From Malacoraja senta (taxonomy: Eukaryota), in the NCBI GenBank assembly GCA_038087875.1, contig CM075986.1, forward strand, positions 13,578,001-13,642,000: a DNA stretch of 64,000 nt. Reading direction: 5' to 3'. The notes beneath the pieces were generated by a model. That model saw nothing but the letters and a program-made list of their open reading frames with translations. It was not told the origin of the DNA and searched no databases. Both the position numbers and the translations under genes were made by a program. Below are positions 37,944-51,370 of this stretch, one piece after another (position 1 is the first letter of the stretch; each line of letters opens with the position of its first letter).

Positions 37944-39911
37944 ATATTCAGAGACCAATATTCAGAGACCAACAGAGGAGGACAAAGGGCTTAATTAGGA
38001 AAGGGAAAATAGATTATGAAAGGAAACTGGCAGGGAACATAAAAACTGACTGCAAAAGTTTTTATAGATATGTGAAGAGAAAGAGATTAGTTAAAACAAA
38101 TGTAGGTCCCTTGCAGTCAGAAACAGGTGAATTGATCATGGGGAACAAGGATATGGCGGACCAATTGAATAACTACTTTGGTTCCGTCTTCACTAAGGAA
38201 GACATAAATAATCTGCCGGAAATAGCAGGGGACCGCGGGTCAAAGGAGATGGAGGAACTGAGTGAAATCCAGGTTAGTCGGGAAGTGGTGTTGGGTAAAT
38301 TGAATGGATTAAAGGCCGATAAATCACCAGGGCCAGATAGGCTCCATCCCAGAGTACTTAAGGAAGTAGCTCCAGAAATAGTGGATGCATTAGTGATCAT
38401 TTTTCAAAACTCCTTAGATTCTGGAGCAGTTCCTGAGGATTGGAGGGTAGCAAACGTAACCCCACTTATTAAGAAGGGAGGGAGAGAGAAAACGGGGAAT
38501 TACAGACCAGTTAGTCTAACATCGGTAGTGGGGAAACTGCTAGAGTCAGTTATTAAAGATGGGATAGCAGCACATTTGGAAAGTGGTGAAATCATTGGAC
38601 AAAGTCAGCATGGATTTACGAAAGGTAAATCGTGTCTGACGAATCTTATAGAATTTTTCGAGGATGTAACTAGTAGAGTGGATAGGGGAGAACCAGTGGA
38701 TGTGTTGTATCTGGACTTTCAGAAGGCTTTCGACAAGGTACCACATAAGAGATTAGGATACAAACTTAAATCACACGGTATTGGGGGTTCAGTATTGATG
38801 TGGATAGAGAACTGGCTGGCAAACAGGAAGCAAAGAGTAGGAGTAAACGGGTCCTTTTCACAATGGCAGGCAGTGACTAGTGGGGTACCGCAAGGCTCAG
38901 TGCTGGGACCCCAGCTATTTACAATTTATATTAATGATCTGGACGAGGGAATTGAATGCAACATCTCCAAGTTTGCGGATGACACTAAGCTGGGGGGCAG
39001 TGTTAGCTGTGAGGAGGATGCTAGGAGACTGCAAGGTGACTTGGATAGGCTGGGTGAGTGGGCAAATGTTTGGCAGATGCAGTATAATGTGGATAAATGT
39101 GAGGTTATCCACTTTGGTGGCAAAAACGGGAAGGCAGACTATTATCTAAATGGTGGCCGATTAGGAAATGGGGAGATGCAGCGAGACCTGGGTGTCATGG
39201 TACACCAGTCATTGAAAGTAGCCATGCAGGTGCAGCAGGCAGTGAAGAAAGCGAATGGTATGTTGGCCTTCATAGCAAGAGGATTTGAGTATAGGAGCAG
39301 GGAGGTTCTACTGCAGTTGTACAGGGTCTTGGTGAGACCACACCTGGAGTATTGCTTACAGTTTTGGTCTCCAAATCTGAGGAAGGACATTATAGCCATA
39401 GAGGGAGTGCAGAGAAGGTTCACCAGACTGATTCCTGGGATGTCAGGACTTTCATATGAAGAAAGACTGGATAGACTTGGCTTATACTCGCTAGAATTTA
39501 GGAGATTGAGAGGGGATCTTATAGAAACGTACAAAATTCTTATGGGGTTGGACAGGCTAGATGCAGGAAGATTGTTCCCGATGTTGGGGAAAAGTCCAGG
39601 ACAAGGGGTTACAGCTTAAGGATAAGGGGGAAATCCTTTAAGACCGAGATGAGGAAAAACTTTTTCACACAGAGAGTGGTGAATCTCTGGAACTCTCTGC
39701 CACAGAGGGTAGTTGAGGCCAGTTCATTGGCTATATTTAAGAGGGAGTTAGATGTGGCCCTTGTGGCTAAGGGGATCAGGGGATATGGAGAGAAGGCAGG
39801 TACGGGATACTGAGTTGGATGATCAGCCATGATCATATTGAATGGCGGTGCAGGCTCGAAGGGCCGAATGGCCTACTCCTGCACCTATTTTCTATGTATC
39901 TATGTATCTAT
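37944..39911 (+). mobile_element. Young CR1 (HER1-like) LINE, 5'-truncated, with an uninterrupted RT domain (~559-codon open frame)
   Basis: YLDFQKAFDKV, GVPQGSVLGP, KFADDTKL, RPHLEYCLQFW; frameshift near 39590; (ctatgtat)n tail; no endonuclease domain. Confidence 0.96.
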
Positions 39912-41183
39912 ATTCTTCTATTAGTTGTGCAATTATAAATTCACGATTCACATTCACAAGGGAGACTACCTTAAATGGAGTATAATTAATTTGTATATTT
40001 TAAATAGTTGAAATTTGGTTGCCTTTATATATGTGATTATCTGTAAATGTTCAATTATTTGTACTTATTTCAAGTGAAATTCTTAAAAGTCACAGATGCT
40101 CCTGCTTGATCAGTCTTGGCTGGATTTAAGTCTAGATGTTTGGTGAAAGGTACAAAGTCTAACTCACTGCACATTCAGATCCCCCAAGTCGAATTGTTAA
40201 GCAAGAGTCCTGAGTCATTCTTCATTTAATTGATGTTTTGGCTGGAGAGCTTTGTAAATTCCAATGTGCTCATCAGTTTTTGGCTTAACCATAGAAGTCC
40301 ACATCATCTTAAAATTGTTCAGCTGTTTTTATCTTGTATTTTATGCATGCATTTAACTCCTAATATTTTATAACATTCTCTTACAGTGTACCCATTGCTA
40401 GCCTTGAGAATCACTTGCTTTTGATCACATATCCTTGGTAATGAAACATAAATGTGATAATTTCAGTAGCGGAAATTATTCAAGTACATAAATTGCATTT
40501 TGGAGGCAAATTATGTTGGGGGATTTGTTGATTAAGATTGAAATTATTAAGCAAATTTCCTACATAATTACCTTTGAATTTAATGTAGCAAAATTAATTA
40601 GTTGCTTAAATGTAAAATAGAATGTTTTAAAATAATAAAAGGTAAATTCAGTATTTTTAGTAGTTTCAAATATATGATTTTTTTGCTCCTTTGAAATGTG
40701 TGGAATTTTTGTCTCTAGATTCAAGCTAATTTTCTTTCTCAAAGAATTGTAGAGGGCGCAGGAAAAGTTACCTGCAATAATTGTCCATCGGCAGTAATTG
40801 ATGGTCTAGCTTAGATGTGTCAATGAATGGTTGAAATAGCACAGCACTCCCTCTGCAATAGGAATTAATGGCCTGTTCCCCTCAAGTCTAAGATGGTGCT
40901 TTATCTGGTACAAGGGAACTGATCAAGTCAGTAATGGTCTCTGCTACTCCATTGAAATGTGTCGAGCCCCTGCATTAAGAAGAGGGGAGCAGATAGTCAG
41001 TGGAAATCATTGGGCATTTTTACTCCAATGCATTGTCTAGTGGTTCTTGCTACAAAGTTTGAATTATATACTCATGCTATAAATGTATAGCCAGTTATTA
41101 GCATAAAAACCATAAGATCAATCAATATCTTGTCAACATTCCCTTCTCATGCACCCCATGTATTCAGACAAGCTGTTATATCT

Positions 41184-41380
41184 AAGATAGACACAAAATG
41201 TTGGAGTAACTCGGTAGAACAGGCAGCATCTCCGGAAGGAAGGAATGGGTGACGTTTTGGGTCGAGACCCGAAACATCACCCATTCCTTCTCTCTGGTGA
41301 TGCTGCCTGTCCTGCTGAGTTCAGCATTTTGTGTCTGTCTTCGGTTTAAACCAGCATCTGCAGTTCCTTCCTCCACATTT
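41184..41380. mobile_element. Penelope-derived fold-back short element
   Basis: Inverted arms; TSD caagctgttatatct (41169-41183) / caagctgttacatct (41381-41395). Confidence 0.85.
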
Positions 41381-41921
41381 CAAGCTGTTACATCTGTCGG
41401 TTTCCCACTAATGTTCAGATTTGCACTTCAACATTTATCTTTACTACTTCTATCACTGGTTACTAAAAAGTAGTATTGTAGTCGTGTCTGTTTGCCTTAT
41501 GTCTAGAATGCCTTCATCTCTGACAGCTGAAATTCAGTTGATGGCATCAGAATGCCTTTTAGTTAGAACTGATGCCTTTAGGAGAAGAGGAGCAAGTAGG
41601 GAAAATTTGGGAGAAGACTTCGCTAAAAAGTTCCAGTTTGCTCTTCTGTGTAAATATTTGTTGTCAACACCTTTGGCACAAGTTACCTCAGCCACCATTG
41701 AGTTGGTGTTTTAACCTTTAGCTCCAGAATTCAGGGTAGAGGATTGTGAGCTTAATGTTTAATCAATGGATTTTGGTTCCTTAAAAACCAGGGCTTGATC
41801 AGGGCTTTCTGAATGTAGGTTTTCATTTGTTGCTCTTCACATTGGCTGATCACATCCGCAGATTATGCTACTTTGTATATTTACTGACTGTAACGTCATA
41901 TCTATCTTGGTTATGTTTCAG

Positions 41922-41977
41922 ATGGGACCTGAATACCGTGTTAACAAGTTTCTGTCTCTCCTGAAAGAAGAAGGAAG
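41922..41977 (+). CDS. NSF: NSF penultimate coding exon
   Basis: gtttcag|ATG GGA CCT...GGA AG|gttggt; 56 nt; MGPEYRVNKFLSLLKEEG (human MDPEYRVRKFLALLREEG). Confidence 0.94.
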
Positions 41978-42234
41978 GTTGGTTTCTTTATTTTTGTTTT
42001 TGTAATCCCACCCTACCACCTTGCCGCCCATTTCTTGACTAACTTCTAGGTATTGTGGGCAGAAAAATCTTTTGGATTGACTGAAATGTGTTGAGGAAAC
42101 TGGGTGTAAAAATGCTCGGGAAAATATTGCAATAATTGATTCGGAGTTAACAAACAACTATGAATTGACCAATAACTGGAAACTACTTCCCTATAATATT
42201 TCTCAGTGCACTTTCTCTTGCTTGTATCTTACAG

Positions 42235-42265
42235 TGACCCTCATCGCCGGGACCATTGGCAATAA
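42235..42265 (+). CDS. NSF: NSF terminal exon, coding part ((S)DPHRRDHWQ*)
   Basis: Pyrimidine tract ctttctcttgcttgtatcttacag 257 nt after the previous donor; phase 2 completes AG|T = Ser; TAA at 42263-42265; followed by TE-free AU-rich sequence. Confidence 0.7.
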
Positions 42266-42410
42266 AAACAGGAAAGACCATTTGGTCATCACTGTGAATC
42301 ACATCTAATGAAGAGGCACCAATCTAAGAAGAAAGGAATCTTGAGTCTAAAGACCCTTAGCATTTTGCATGCTCCTTGCAAAGAAACTCCTCTTAAATGT
42401 CTTAAATTAA

Positions 42411-42414
<4 letters not shown>

Positions 42415-42446
<32 letters not shown>
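42415..42446. repeat. (TA)n microsatellite in the NSF 3' UTR
   Basis: Direct inspection. Confidence 0.9.
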
Positions 42447-42449
<3 letters not shown>

Positions 42450-44421
42450 ACATAGGCATCAGCATTCTTGGTTTTATTGATTTTAGTATTGGACATGCAC
42501 CAGGCATTTTTAAGGATATTTTCACTTGTTACGATGCAGATCAGGGATTCCTCTTCACTGCAGTTCAAATCTTAGACCTTTGAATGTGAACATTATTTTG
42601 TTAAATTGTGCACTTATAAACTAATTGACGTCGGAAAGATGAGCATTGGAATTTGCAATATGTTGGATTGGTCTGTACGTGTATGATAAAAATGTTTTGT
42701 TTTATTGGGATTGAGAGAGGCAGAAAATCTCACAACAGGAAGTTGCATGCAATTTTATTCCCATATGTTGCAATGGTGCATCCTTATGTGTGTAGTATTG
42801 CTGAACTCCCTTTGATTCTCACAGACTGAATTTACTTCAGACAGCATCTGTTTGATGCTGGTCAGAGGTTTGACTTTCTATAACTAAAATTCCAGAGATG
42901 GTATCGGTCTTTCATCCTTGTGTGTTCTTAATGTCTGCAATATTGTTTTAAAATCTAATGAACTTCCATTTTTCTTCTCAAAATTCTGGCCACAATTTTT
43001 TTAATGTACAATATAAATCGAAGCATTATTTTTGACACACTTAAATATTCAAATGCTTTTTGTTATTGTCGTTCTGCTTGTGTAATCACAATGAATTGTG
43101 ACTATGCTATTTGGGGCCATCTGTGAAATATTTAATGCACCTGATCCCTATTTTTCTGTTGCTTCACTTCCCTCTCACTCCTGCATTTGTGTGAATCAGA
43201 TTCAGTGCAGATCTCAATCACGAGAATAGATTCTCTCACCTATCCAGCGTGTACAGCTGCAGTCTAAGTGGACAGGGCAAATCACAATTGATGCAACTCT
43301 GGAAATATAGAGTAAGCTAATTAGAATTGTATTCTCTTTCTGGTTCCCTGTGCACTGCAGGAGCCATAGGTTGGAAAGAGGATTCATTGTTTGATTTGGG
43401 TAATCATCACATTTGTTTTTGGGTTCCAGAAATATATTTGCAAAACTTTCATGTGTCAAACTTTTTTTGAAAGAAAACTTGAAGAATAATGGAGATCTTA
43501 ACTGCATCTCTCTTGGTTGGCTGAGTGCAAAAGTAGGTACAGCTCCTAATCATAACAAATTTCCTGATGTGTCAGATGGCACTGGGAAATCAGTGTCCAG
43601 CCAGGCTTGGTATATCCGTACATCTGCATCCGAGCACTTTGGAATGTTATAGTGCTTTCAGGCTGTGTAAATGATTACCCCCTTCTGCAACCATTATTTT
43701 CAGTCACCAAAGATGATATGATGCAAATGTTGCTGTGAAGAGAAATCATGATCCAGTATTTGTGAGTGTGGTTCTGGGCTGCTGGAGGATAGTTAGGTTG
43801 CTGAGTGTCTTCTCACTTTATCCTTGATCTATAGCCCATAATCTAGGATCTGTCATTTTATAATGCTGCAGATGCTACACAGGTTAATTAATATACTCAA
43901 ATTGTAGTGTATACCAATAGGCGAGTCACAGTATTACATTGTGAACAAAATCCACCAGAAAAGATTGGGCCAAGACATTTTCTTTTAGCATTTTCCAGCA
44001 TTCTGTGATAACCAATTGAAGTTATTGTTCATTTAGCAAGTTTGAAAATTATACAATGGAAGTGATCAAACTAAAACCTTGAATGCAGATATCTACTGAT
44101 AAATGTGTTGACATCTTGTTTGGAGAAATGCAACTTTATTTCATGACTATTTATTTCTGTGCTGTTTCCAATCTGTAAGTATTTAAAAAACAAAACAATT
44201 GTTATAAAAAAGCTTCTGTGTTGAGGTGAAATATTGGTGTAAATTAATGGGCATAAGCATGGGCATCGTTTGATGGTGCTTAAATAGTCTCATAGATCTA
44301 TGGCTCATCCAATATCCCAAGTTATAATGAATTCTGTTCTACCGTGATGTAAATCTTTTTACAGTGAAAATGTACTGTTATTGAAAGCTGTTTAATGTAG
44401 AGTTGAATGCAGCTGTGATGC

Positions 44422-44427
44422 AATAAA
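44422..44427 (+). terminator. Candidate NSF polyadenylation signal
   Basis: AATAAA followed ~15 nt later by a GU/U-rich tract. Confidence 0.5.
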
Positions 44428-46446
44428 GATTCAGATGACAGATTTTGTTGGGTACCTTCTGTTTGAAGTGTCATCAAAGCTGTGAACAAAGCTCATAAAT
44501 AGAATTTGAGGGCAGCACATGACGAAGAATCTTGAAGTACAGTGTAGATTAACCAAAATGACACCTGGGCTCCAAATACTCAGTTAAAGTGAGATTACAT
44601 AAACTACGATTATATTCTTGAACTTTGAGTGCTTAAGATGTGATTTGAAGTTTAGCGCATGAAGGTGTTGTGTTCCTCGAAAACCCTCCAAACAGTGATT
44701 TTCACAACACGAACACATGAAAAGAATTTGGTTGGCTTACTGTGTTTGTTTGGCTTACTGTGTTTGTTTGTTTCTCAAATTCCATAAATGTGAATTTTTA
44801 TTTCATATCTCAATTTATTTTAATTGTGATTTGTAATTTCCATGAGGGTATAACGTTCCATTACCCAAATTGCCATCACACAAATAAACAATACTATGGA
44901 GTTTCAGTCCGACTGTCCTATTCCTGCAGGTTGAGAAGTCTAAAACTGCAGGGACTCATCTAAAAATTAGAGCCATACCTCACGGAATTGAAGTTGCACC
45001 AGAATTCTTCACAAAGATATGGATGTTTAAATGTCCATGAGTCTATTGGCAATCTGTGACCTTTTAACCCAGGTCAAAATTGTGCACTTTGGTGAAGATG
45101 ATACTGAAAAGAACAAAGGCTGTTGTGCTTCCAGTTCGGTATAGTTTGTCGGAAAGAGTTTAATCACTAATAGTGATGGAACTGCATATATTTATTTCTG
45201 TATAGAACTAAAGTTGATTGTTCTCCATCCATATATGGAAGTTACCAGGGCCTTCAGATCTTGCAGATGGTGGTAGGGATTAAAATCTTAATTGCCACAT
45301 AACAGGGAATGAGATGAAAGGGTCTGATTGACATTTTCAAGAGTGTCAAAGATTAGGCCAAAGAATCTTAACAGTGGAAGTATACGTTTAAATAAATGTT
45401 ATGTACTTATGTGGTAGATAATAAACTCACATAATTCCGAGCACCAGGAATCAGTGCAAATGGTTTCTTGGTGGTCAATCTGGTCTCAGTGGGCCAAAAA
45501 GCATGTTTCTGTGCTCCATGATGATGCTAAAGACTAAGGACACATGCAAGCTGCTCTCATAAGAAACAGGAATAGATTCCAAGAAGCACCATCTTGTGCA
45601 GATGCAAGGTGGGTTGGTATAATGCCAAGGAATAGGTTTGTGAGACTGGAATTAACTTTGCCTGGTAGAGTGGGTTCTTCACAAACCTCCCAAGCAAAGG
45701 CGCATGCTCATAGATTTGTGTGGTTCTGTGCAATATCTGCAAAATGATTTATTTAAAACTGCAAAACCTCAAAACATTAATGAGTTGTGCAATGGGAAAT
45801 TCCATTTTTAACTGTTCCATCAATGTCTGCATTTCTCTTGGATGTAACTGGTCAGTAATCTCAAAGCTGTCTGTGGTACTTGGCTACCGCAGAATGGGTG
45901 CCATTTTGAGCTGGATTTGTTTCTGCACTTCATTTCCAACACACTGTACACTCATTCTGTATTTCACTGTGAAAGGAGCCATGCAAATGGCAGCAAATAC
46001 TGATATCCACTGCTTGTTAGCTCTTAACAGTACTGAAACAACCAGGGAAGCCGAGTATTGAAAGAAATTCTACAAAGGCAAAAAAAAAGAGCAAATCAAA
46101 TTAATTGCCAAAACAAAAGGCTGCAGGGCATGCAGGTGCTATTCTGTTCCACTTGTGCAGTTCATCTGTTGTTATTGCCAGTGGCAAATATTTCAGAAAA
46201 TATTCAGTAGTAACGTAATGAGGCTGGAAAATCTGTGTCCAAATAAGGCCTGCTTTTTAAAGCCAACCTTTTTCAGACTCTTTGCATTTTAGTTACATAC
46301 AAATGAAGCGGTATAAATCCTCAGCTTGATGTTAACGCATTTGAATCCAATGTAGTATTTGCATTTACCCTTTGAAGAAGCAGCATGGATCTTAGCCAGA
46401 GGTCTGTCACTGAAGAGAAGGTTATAAAGAAAAGAGCTACAAAATG

Positions 46447-46649
46447 TGTAGGAAGGAACTGCAGATGCTGGTTTAAACCTAAGATAGACACAAAATGCTG
46501 GAGTAACTCAGTGGGACACGCAGCGTCTCTGGAGAGAAGGAATGGGTGATGTTTTGGGTTGAGACCCTTGACCCTAAAACGTCACCCATTCCTTCTCTGC
46601 AGAGATGCTACCAGTCCTGCTGAGTTACTCCAGCATTTTGTGTCTTATC
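46447..46649. mobile_element. Penelope-derived fold-back short element
   Basis: Inverted arms; TSD agagctacaaaatg (46433-46446) / agagcctcaaaatg (46650-46663). Confidence 0.85.
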
Positions 46650-46799
46650 AGAGCCTCAAAATGGTTTAGAATCAATGTAAGTTCGTGAGGAAAATTTGGT
46701 CCTAGTATTTGGGGGAGATTTTCATACCAGTCAGACTTTATAGGTGTAGTAAATATTACATAAATAATTTAAATTTACATTGCATCTTTGCTGAAGTGA

Positions 46800-47160
46800 A
46801 ATGTTCCAAGGCAGCTAACAAAGGTGTTATCAGTAACATTTGACACTAAGCTGCAAAGTTATTAAGCAAGTTTACTGGGAAGCTTAGTCAGTACTAATTA
46901 TGAAAGAGAAGAGGGAGAACATGATGGAGTGGTTTAGGGAAAGAATTCCAGAACTTGGTGCTTGACTGCTTGAGATATGGTAGCCATTGGCTGTGTGATT
47001 TAAAATGGTGGATGTATGAGAGACAAGAATTGGAGGATTGTAGATAGTTCACAGGTAAGAATACTGGTTTAAATGAGTTATTCAAATCAGTGAGCATATG
47101 AGTACTTGGTGAACAAGACTTGATCAAGTGGAAATGTAGATTAAAATGTTCATGAGCTCA
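46800..47160 (-). mobile_element. Old L2 3' remnant
   Basis: STKFWNSFPKPL resembles the L2 P.LWNSLP motif. Confidence 0.5.
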
Positions 47161-47249
47161 AGTTGAGAAAGGGTGGAAGATAGGAGTCTAACCAGGATGG
47201 CATCAGAATCTAATACAGTTTGCTACAGTGAATCCAGAGGGAGGAGAGC

Positions 47250-49060
47250 AGTTACATTCCAGGTGAAAAGTAGTGGAACATATATTGTCCTTCATACGTT
47301 TGCAAGGAAGCTTAAAAGACACGTGTTAATAATGACAGTCGTACCACTTGGCTAACCCAAGGTGAAAGCCAAATTCCAAAAATGGGAAGAAGTACACCAT
47401 GTTTGTTGTGCTTCAATAGAACTGTATGACAAACATCAGCAGCTTTCCATCCAGAAAATAGAAGAGATCACCATACACCAGGAACTAGATGAGAGTGCAG
47501 AAACCGTTGCTGAATTAATTGGCAGAGGTATGAAGGAAATGAAAGGCTCGAGAGGAAATAACATTGGAGTATTGGAGTTGGGATAAGAGTAAACAACTGA
47601 AAATGTTCCAAGACATGTTCTTGCTGATGACAAAGAGGAACTGAACTGAGGTGGAAGGACTGATGGAGGGAGCGATCACCACACCAGTGGACCTCGCAAT
47701 AACCCATGTTATCCAGCTCGATATATACAAATAGCCAACATGATGAGGCGTTGCCAAATCTGAATTTGGCGCTGAAGACGATTGAAGATGTTATGTCAGA
47801 TCTGAGCAGCACAAAAGTTTTCATTGTGCTGGATGTGAAGAATGGATACTGGTAAGTTGGGCATGATAGCGGTTTGTTTCTAATGACTTTCAGCACACCT
47901 TTTGGGAGGTATTGGGAACAGAGGAGTCCGTTTAGGTTGATACCCCATCCAAAAAGTTTCAGTAAAGACTGTGTCAGGTGTGTGAAGGACTTGCTGGTGA
48001 GAAGACCATTGTGCTTGATGTTCCAGTCTTTGGAGAAGATAATCTGGTGTACAGCCAGCAATATACCTGAACTGAAGCAGGGAGAGATGCAATTGAAGAG
48101 CAATCTGCTGTTTGCATGGTGAGCCACATGATCTCAGAGAGGGACAGCAACCAGTCCTCATGAAGGCAGTGATGGAAATACAAAGTCTGATGGACATTGG
48201 TGGAGTCCACCATTTCACAGGGTTTATCAACTACTTAAACAAATTGCTATTCCATTTGGGTGAGGTGAGGAATGCCTGAGAAGGACTGAGATTGGGTGGT
48301 GTTGGATGGGCATCCAAGGGCCCAATGAATCAGAGATGGCTACGGCAGAGGCAATGTGTACTGGTTCAATGAGGGAAAGAGCTAATGCATCAAACACCAT
48401 AGAAAAAGGCCTGGAAGCAGCTAATCTTTCACAATGGCCAACCAGTGAGCATACACATGTTAAGGTCTGATAGCTGCTGAGGCACACTGGTTGAATTGTC
48501 AAGCCCAAACGTGTCTGACATTTGTGCTTGACAGGTTCATCAATACACATGGAAGACGTGCACATTGCAGACGGATCACAAGCCCCTGCAAGTGAGGGAT
48601 CTTCGTCTCATGTAGTTTCCCTGGAATCTGATGTAAGTGGTTACAGACATAAAGTACTCAGACTGTCTACAGTCCAGGCAGTGAAGTGTACACCTTGAAT
48701 ATGGAGTTGTTCATATCCTGCAGAAAGGAAAGTTCAAAGATATTCAAGTTCACAAAGTTTTCGTTAAGGAACACTGAAGGGTCGCCCTTTAACAAAGCCA
48801 TTGTTAAAGAAGCTGTAAGAATTGGATGCATTTATGAGAGAATTAGCAGAGAAGCGATCCTAACCTGTCCTGTAATTCTATATGCAAGATGAGCACAGAA
48901 CTTCTGAGGGATTGTCTATTTTCAGAAAGACAGTGGTGGTTCCAAATCCAGGAGGAGAGAAATACTAGAACACTTGCTCAATACAGTACATCTGGAAAAG
49001 GCATGTGTTTGAGAAGAGCTTGTGAATCTCTGTACTGGCCAAGAATGATGGACCCCAGGG
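47250..49060 (+). mobile_element. Highly degenerate Ty3/Gypsy pol remnant (RT-RNaseH-integrase zinc finger)
   Basis: TIEDVMSDLSSTKVFIVLDVKNGYW*, MTFSTPFGRY, TDHKPL, GKGMCLRRACESLYWPRM. Confidence 0.75.
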
Positions 49061-51277
49061 CTTGTGCATTCATTTGGTTTTCCTGGAGTTCTAGAGGCAA
49101 AGGGTCTTTGTTGTAATAAAAGTCAAAATCTGAACTCTAATAAAGAAGTGGATATATAATGTAAGAGGTAAAATTACAGAGGTTCTGAGCATCAAATTTC
49201 AGCTACATGTGTGATGTGTAGGATTGGAGGATTGGGAATTATCATGGAATTGTACAGCACAGAAAGAGACTAATCAAGTCCATGCCAACTCTCAAGCACC
49301 CACATGCATTAATCTCATATTATTTTCACAGAAATTCCCTCCACATTCTAATACTCACCCTATACTCTTGCCGACTTATACTCTTGCCAACTTATACTCA
49401 CCCTTGTCTTTTACCAGCTGACGAGCATGACTTTGGGACGTGGGAGGAAATGGAATAACTGTAGGGAACCCACACAATCATGGGAAGAAGAACATGCAAA
49501 ACTCCACACAGATATTGTGCTGTTTAAAGAAGGAGAGAAGGGTAAACTAAGTAAGAACAGACCAGTTAGTCTAACTTCTGTGATGGATAAGTGAGTGGAA
49601 TAAATTCTGCAAAGTGGTTTGAAAGGATGGTAGTGGCAAGAAAGCTGAAGGGTTCTGGGACATGGAATTCTGTCAAAGATGCCCAGATCGTGTTCAAGAA
49701 AGTGGTTTGTGAGATAGGTATTTTTCTTTAATACAATGGATTTGAGTAGAAGCCCCTGGTGCTGGGCGTTTTTTTTTTGCCGGGGGAAATCTCCTCCCTA
49801 CATCCAATGTGGCACTGAGCTGCATTCCTGTTGATGATCCTAGAACTCATGAGTTTGAGTTAACCCCAGTTTGCAAACAAAACCTTCCTCAGCATACCTG
49901 ATGTGGTGAGAAACTGTCTAACTCCAAAAAACAGAGAGTGCCTCTGTTTGATAAAGAGGTTGGGCAGGGCATGCATTAGTTTTCTCAGTTGGCTTCAAGT
50001 TTGAGGAAAGTCTGATCTTCTAATAACACAGCCTGTGCTGGTGGCTCGTTTGGTGTCTGAGGATAGACTTTTGGTCTGAGGATTGAAATATTGGTACTTA
50101 ATGTCCACAGAACGCTAATCAGAACAGACAATTCAGATTCAGGTTAATTTATTGTCACATATACCAGGGTGCAATGAAATTCCTAGTTCGCATGAAGCAT
50201 ATAGAGTGCTCCTGGATTTGGTGGTAGACCTGGTATTCTTATCAATGAGTTACAGCCCAAGATCCTGTGTCACAGGAACCAGGACACCCACCAGACATCC
50301 TTTGGAAGAGTCTGGCAGGAGGTGGCTCCAGCTATCCCCTCCAGCTGTGAGAATGTTCACTCATTTGAGCAAGATTTATGCCCTCGTGATACAGCACAGC
50401 TGGAAGCAGTTCTACCGAGCAACTTCAGTGAATGGATCAGGGGTTCAGTCATTGCGGTGATATGATAAGTACAGGTGGTCCTACAGAAGCATGTGAGGGA
50501 TGATTAGGTGATACCTGGGCTTTTGGCTGATTAGTGTTGGTGTGCAGAGAGGGTAATTCTGCCTGGATTGGAATCCTTGATTTAATATCTTTATGAAAAG
50601 GCGCTCTGTCACAGAGTCCCTTATTGACCAGGCACTAAATGCCTCCCTCCCCTGTTATTTTGGGAGAGGAGGGTGTTGGCATTCTGCTGGGAATTCCACT
50701 GGCTGCCTTCCTCATCCTTCGCCTGTTCCTGCTCTTCAGCCTAAGCATCAGGTCCCTCAGGCTCCAGCTCACCTGCTGCTTTTCCATTGGCGTGGATTGC
50801 GAGGATGTGCAGCTTCCAGCACACAGTCCGTGATGATGAAAACTTCCCCACCAGCTGGGCATGCAGTGCAGAGCAATCTCAGACAAGCTGCTGGAACCAC
50901 AGTCTCATTTCCAGAAGTTCAGTCACATTCTCCAGAGGATCTGGTTGTAGCAGAGATCAGCAACTACAGGAGGACTGGGAGTTGGAGTGAGGAGTCGGGG
51001 AAGTAGAGGGTGACCTGTGTCTCCTGTGAACCTGACAGGGCTGGTTGGGGAAAATGTCCAGCGGTTTGTTTTCTCTGTGGATGAACGTGTCCCGGGAGGT
51101 GAACGTTTGCCATCAGAAAAGTTTTGTGATGATCCACAATTAATGTAACTTGGAGGGAGTCTGGTAGATCAGGGCAAGGACAATCTGGCAGAGAGAAGGA
51201 GATGAAGCTAAGGATTGATCAGCTACAATTGTACTGAACAACAGTATTGAATTGGAGGGATTGAAGACTGCTCCCAT

Positions 51278-51370
51278 CTGGAGAAGGGCCTCGACCCGAA
51301 ACATCACCTATTCCTTTTCTCCAGAGATGCTGCCTGACCCACTGAGTTACTCCAGCTTTTTGTGCCTATC
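51278..51370 (+). mobile_element. Penelope-derived short element with variant hammerhead-like core
   Basis: ctggagaagggcctcgacccgaaacatc followed by the family body; another diverged copy at 51460-51555. Confidence 0.7.

Larger units (their letters stand above)
42266..44450 (+). other. NSF: Probable NSF 3' UTR
   Basis: ~2.2 kb TE-free, U-rich stretch after the stop, ending at AATAAA 44422-44427 with a downstream U/G-rich element (ttttgttggg). Confidence 0.55.

Noticed and set aside
37940-39619. 559-aa ORF as a host gene
   Set aside because: It is the CR1 RT domain, 5'-truncated without a genuine start, ending in a LINE tail, and with related copies in the window
44732-44770. 18-nt tandem duplication (similar ones at ~30975 and ~36160)
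   Set aside because: Ordinary slippage duplications with no further structure
47468-48127. 219-aa minus-strand ORF
   Set aside because: Antisense to a degenerate Gypsy pol; no recognisable motifs
49760-51010. Possible LINE 5'/endonuclease region or short gene (137-aa ORF)
   Set aside because: Too degenerate to assign; no convincing motif or splice structure
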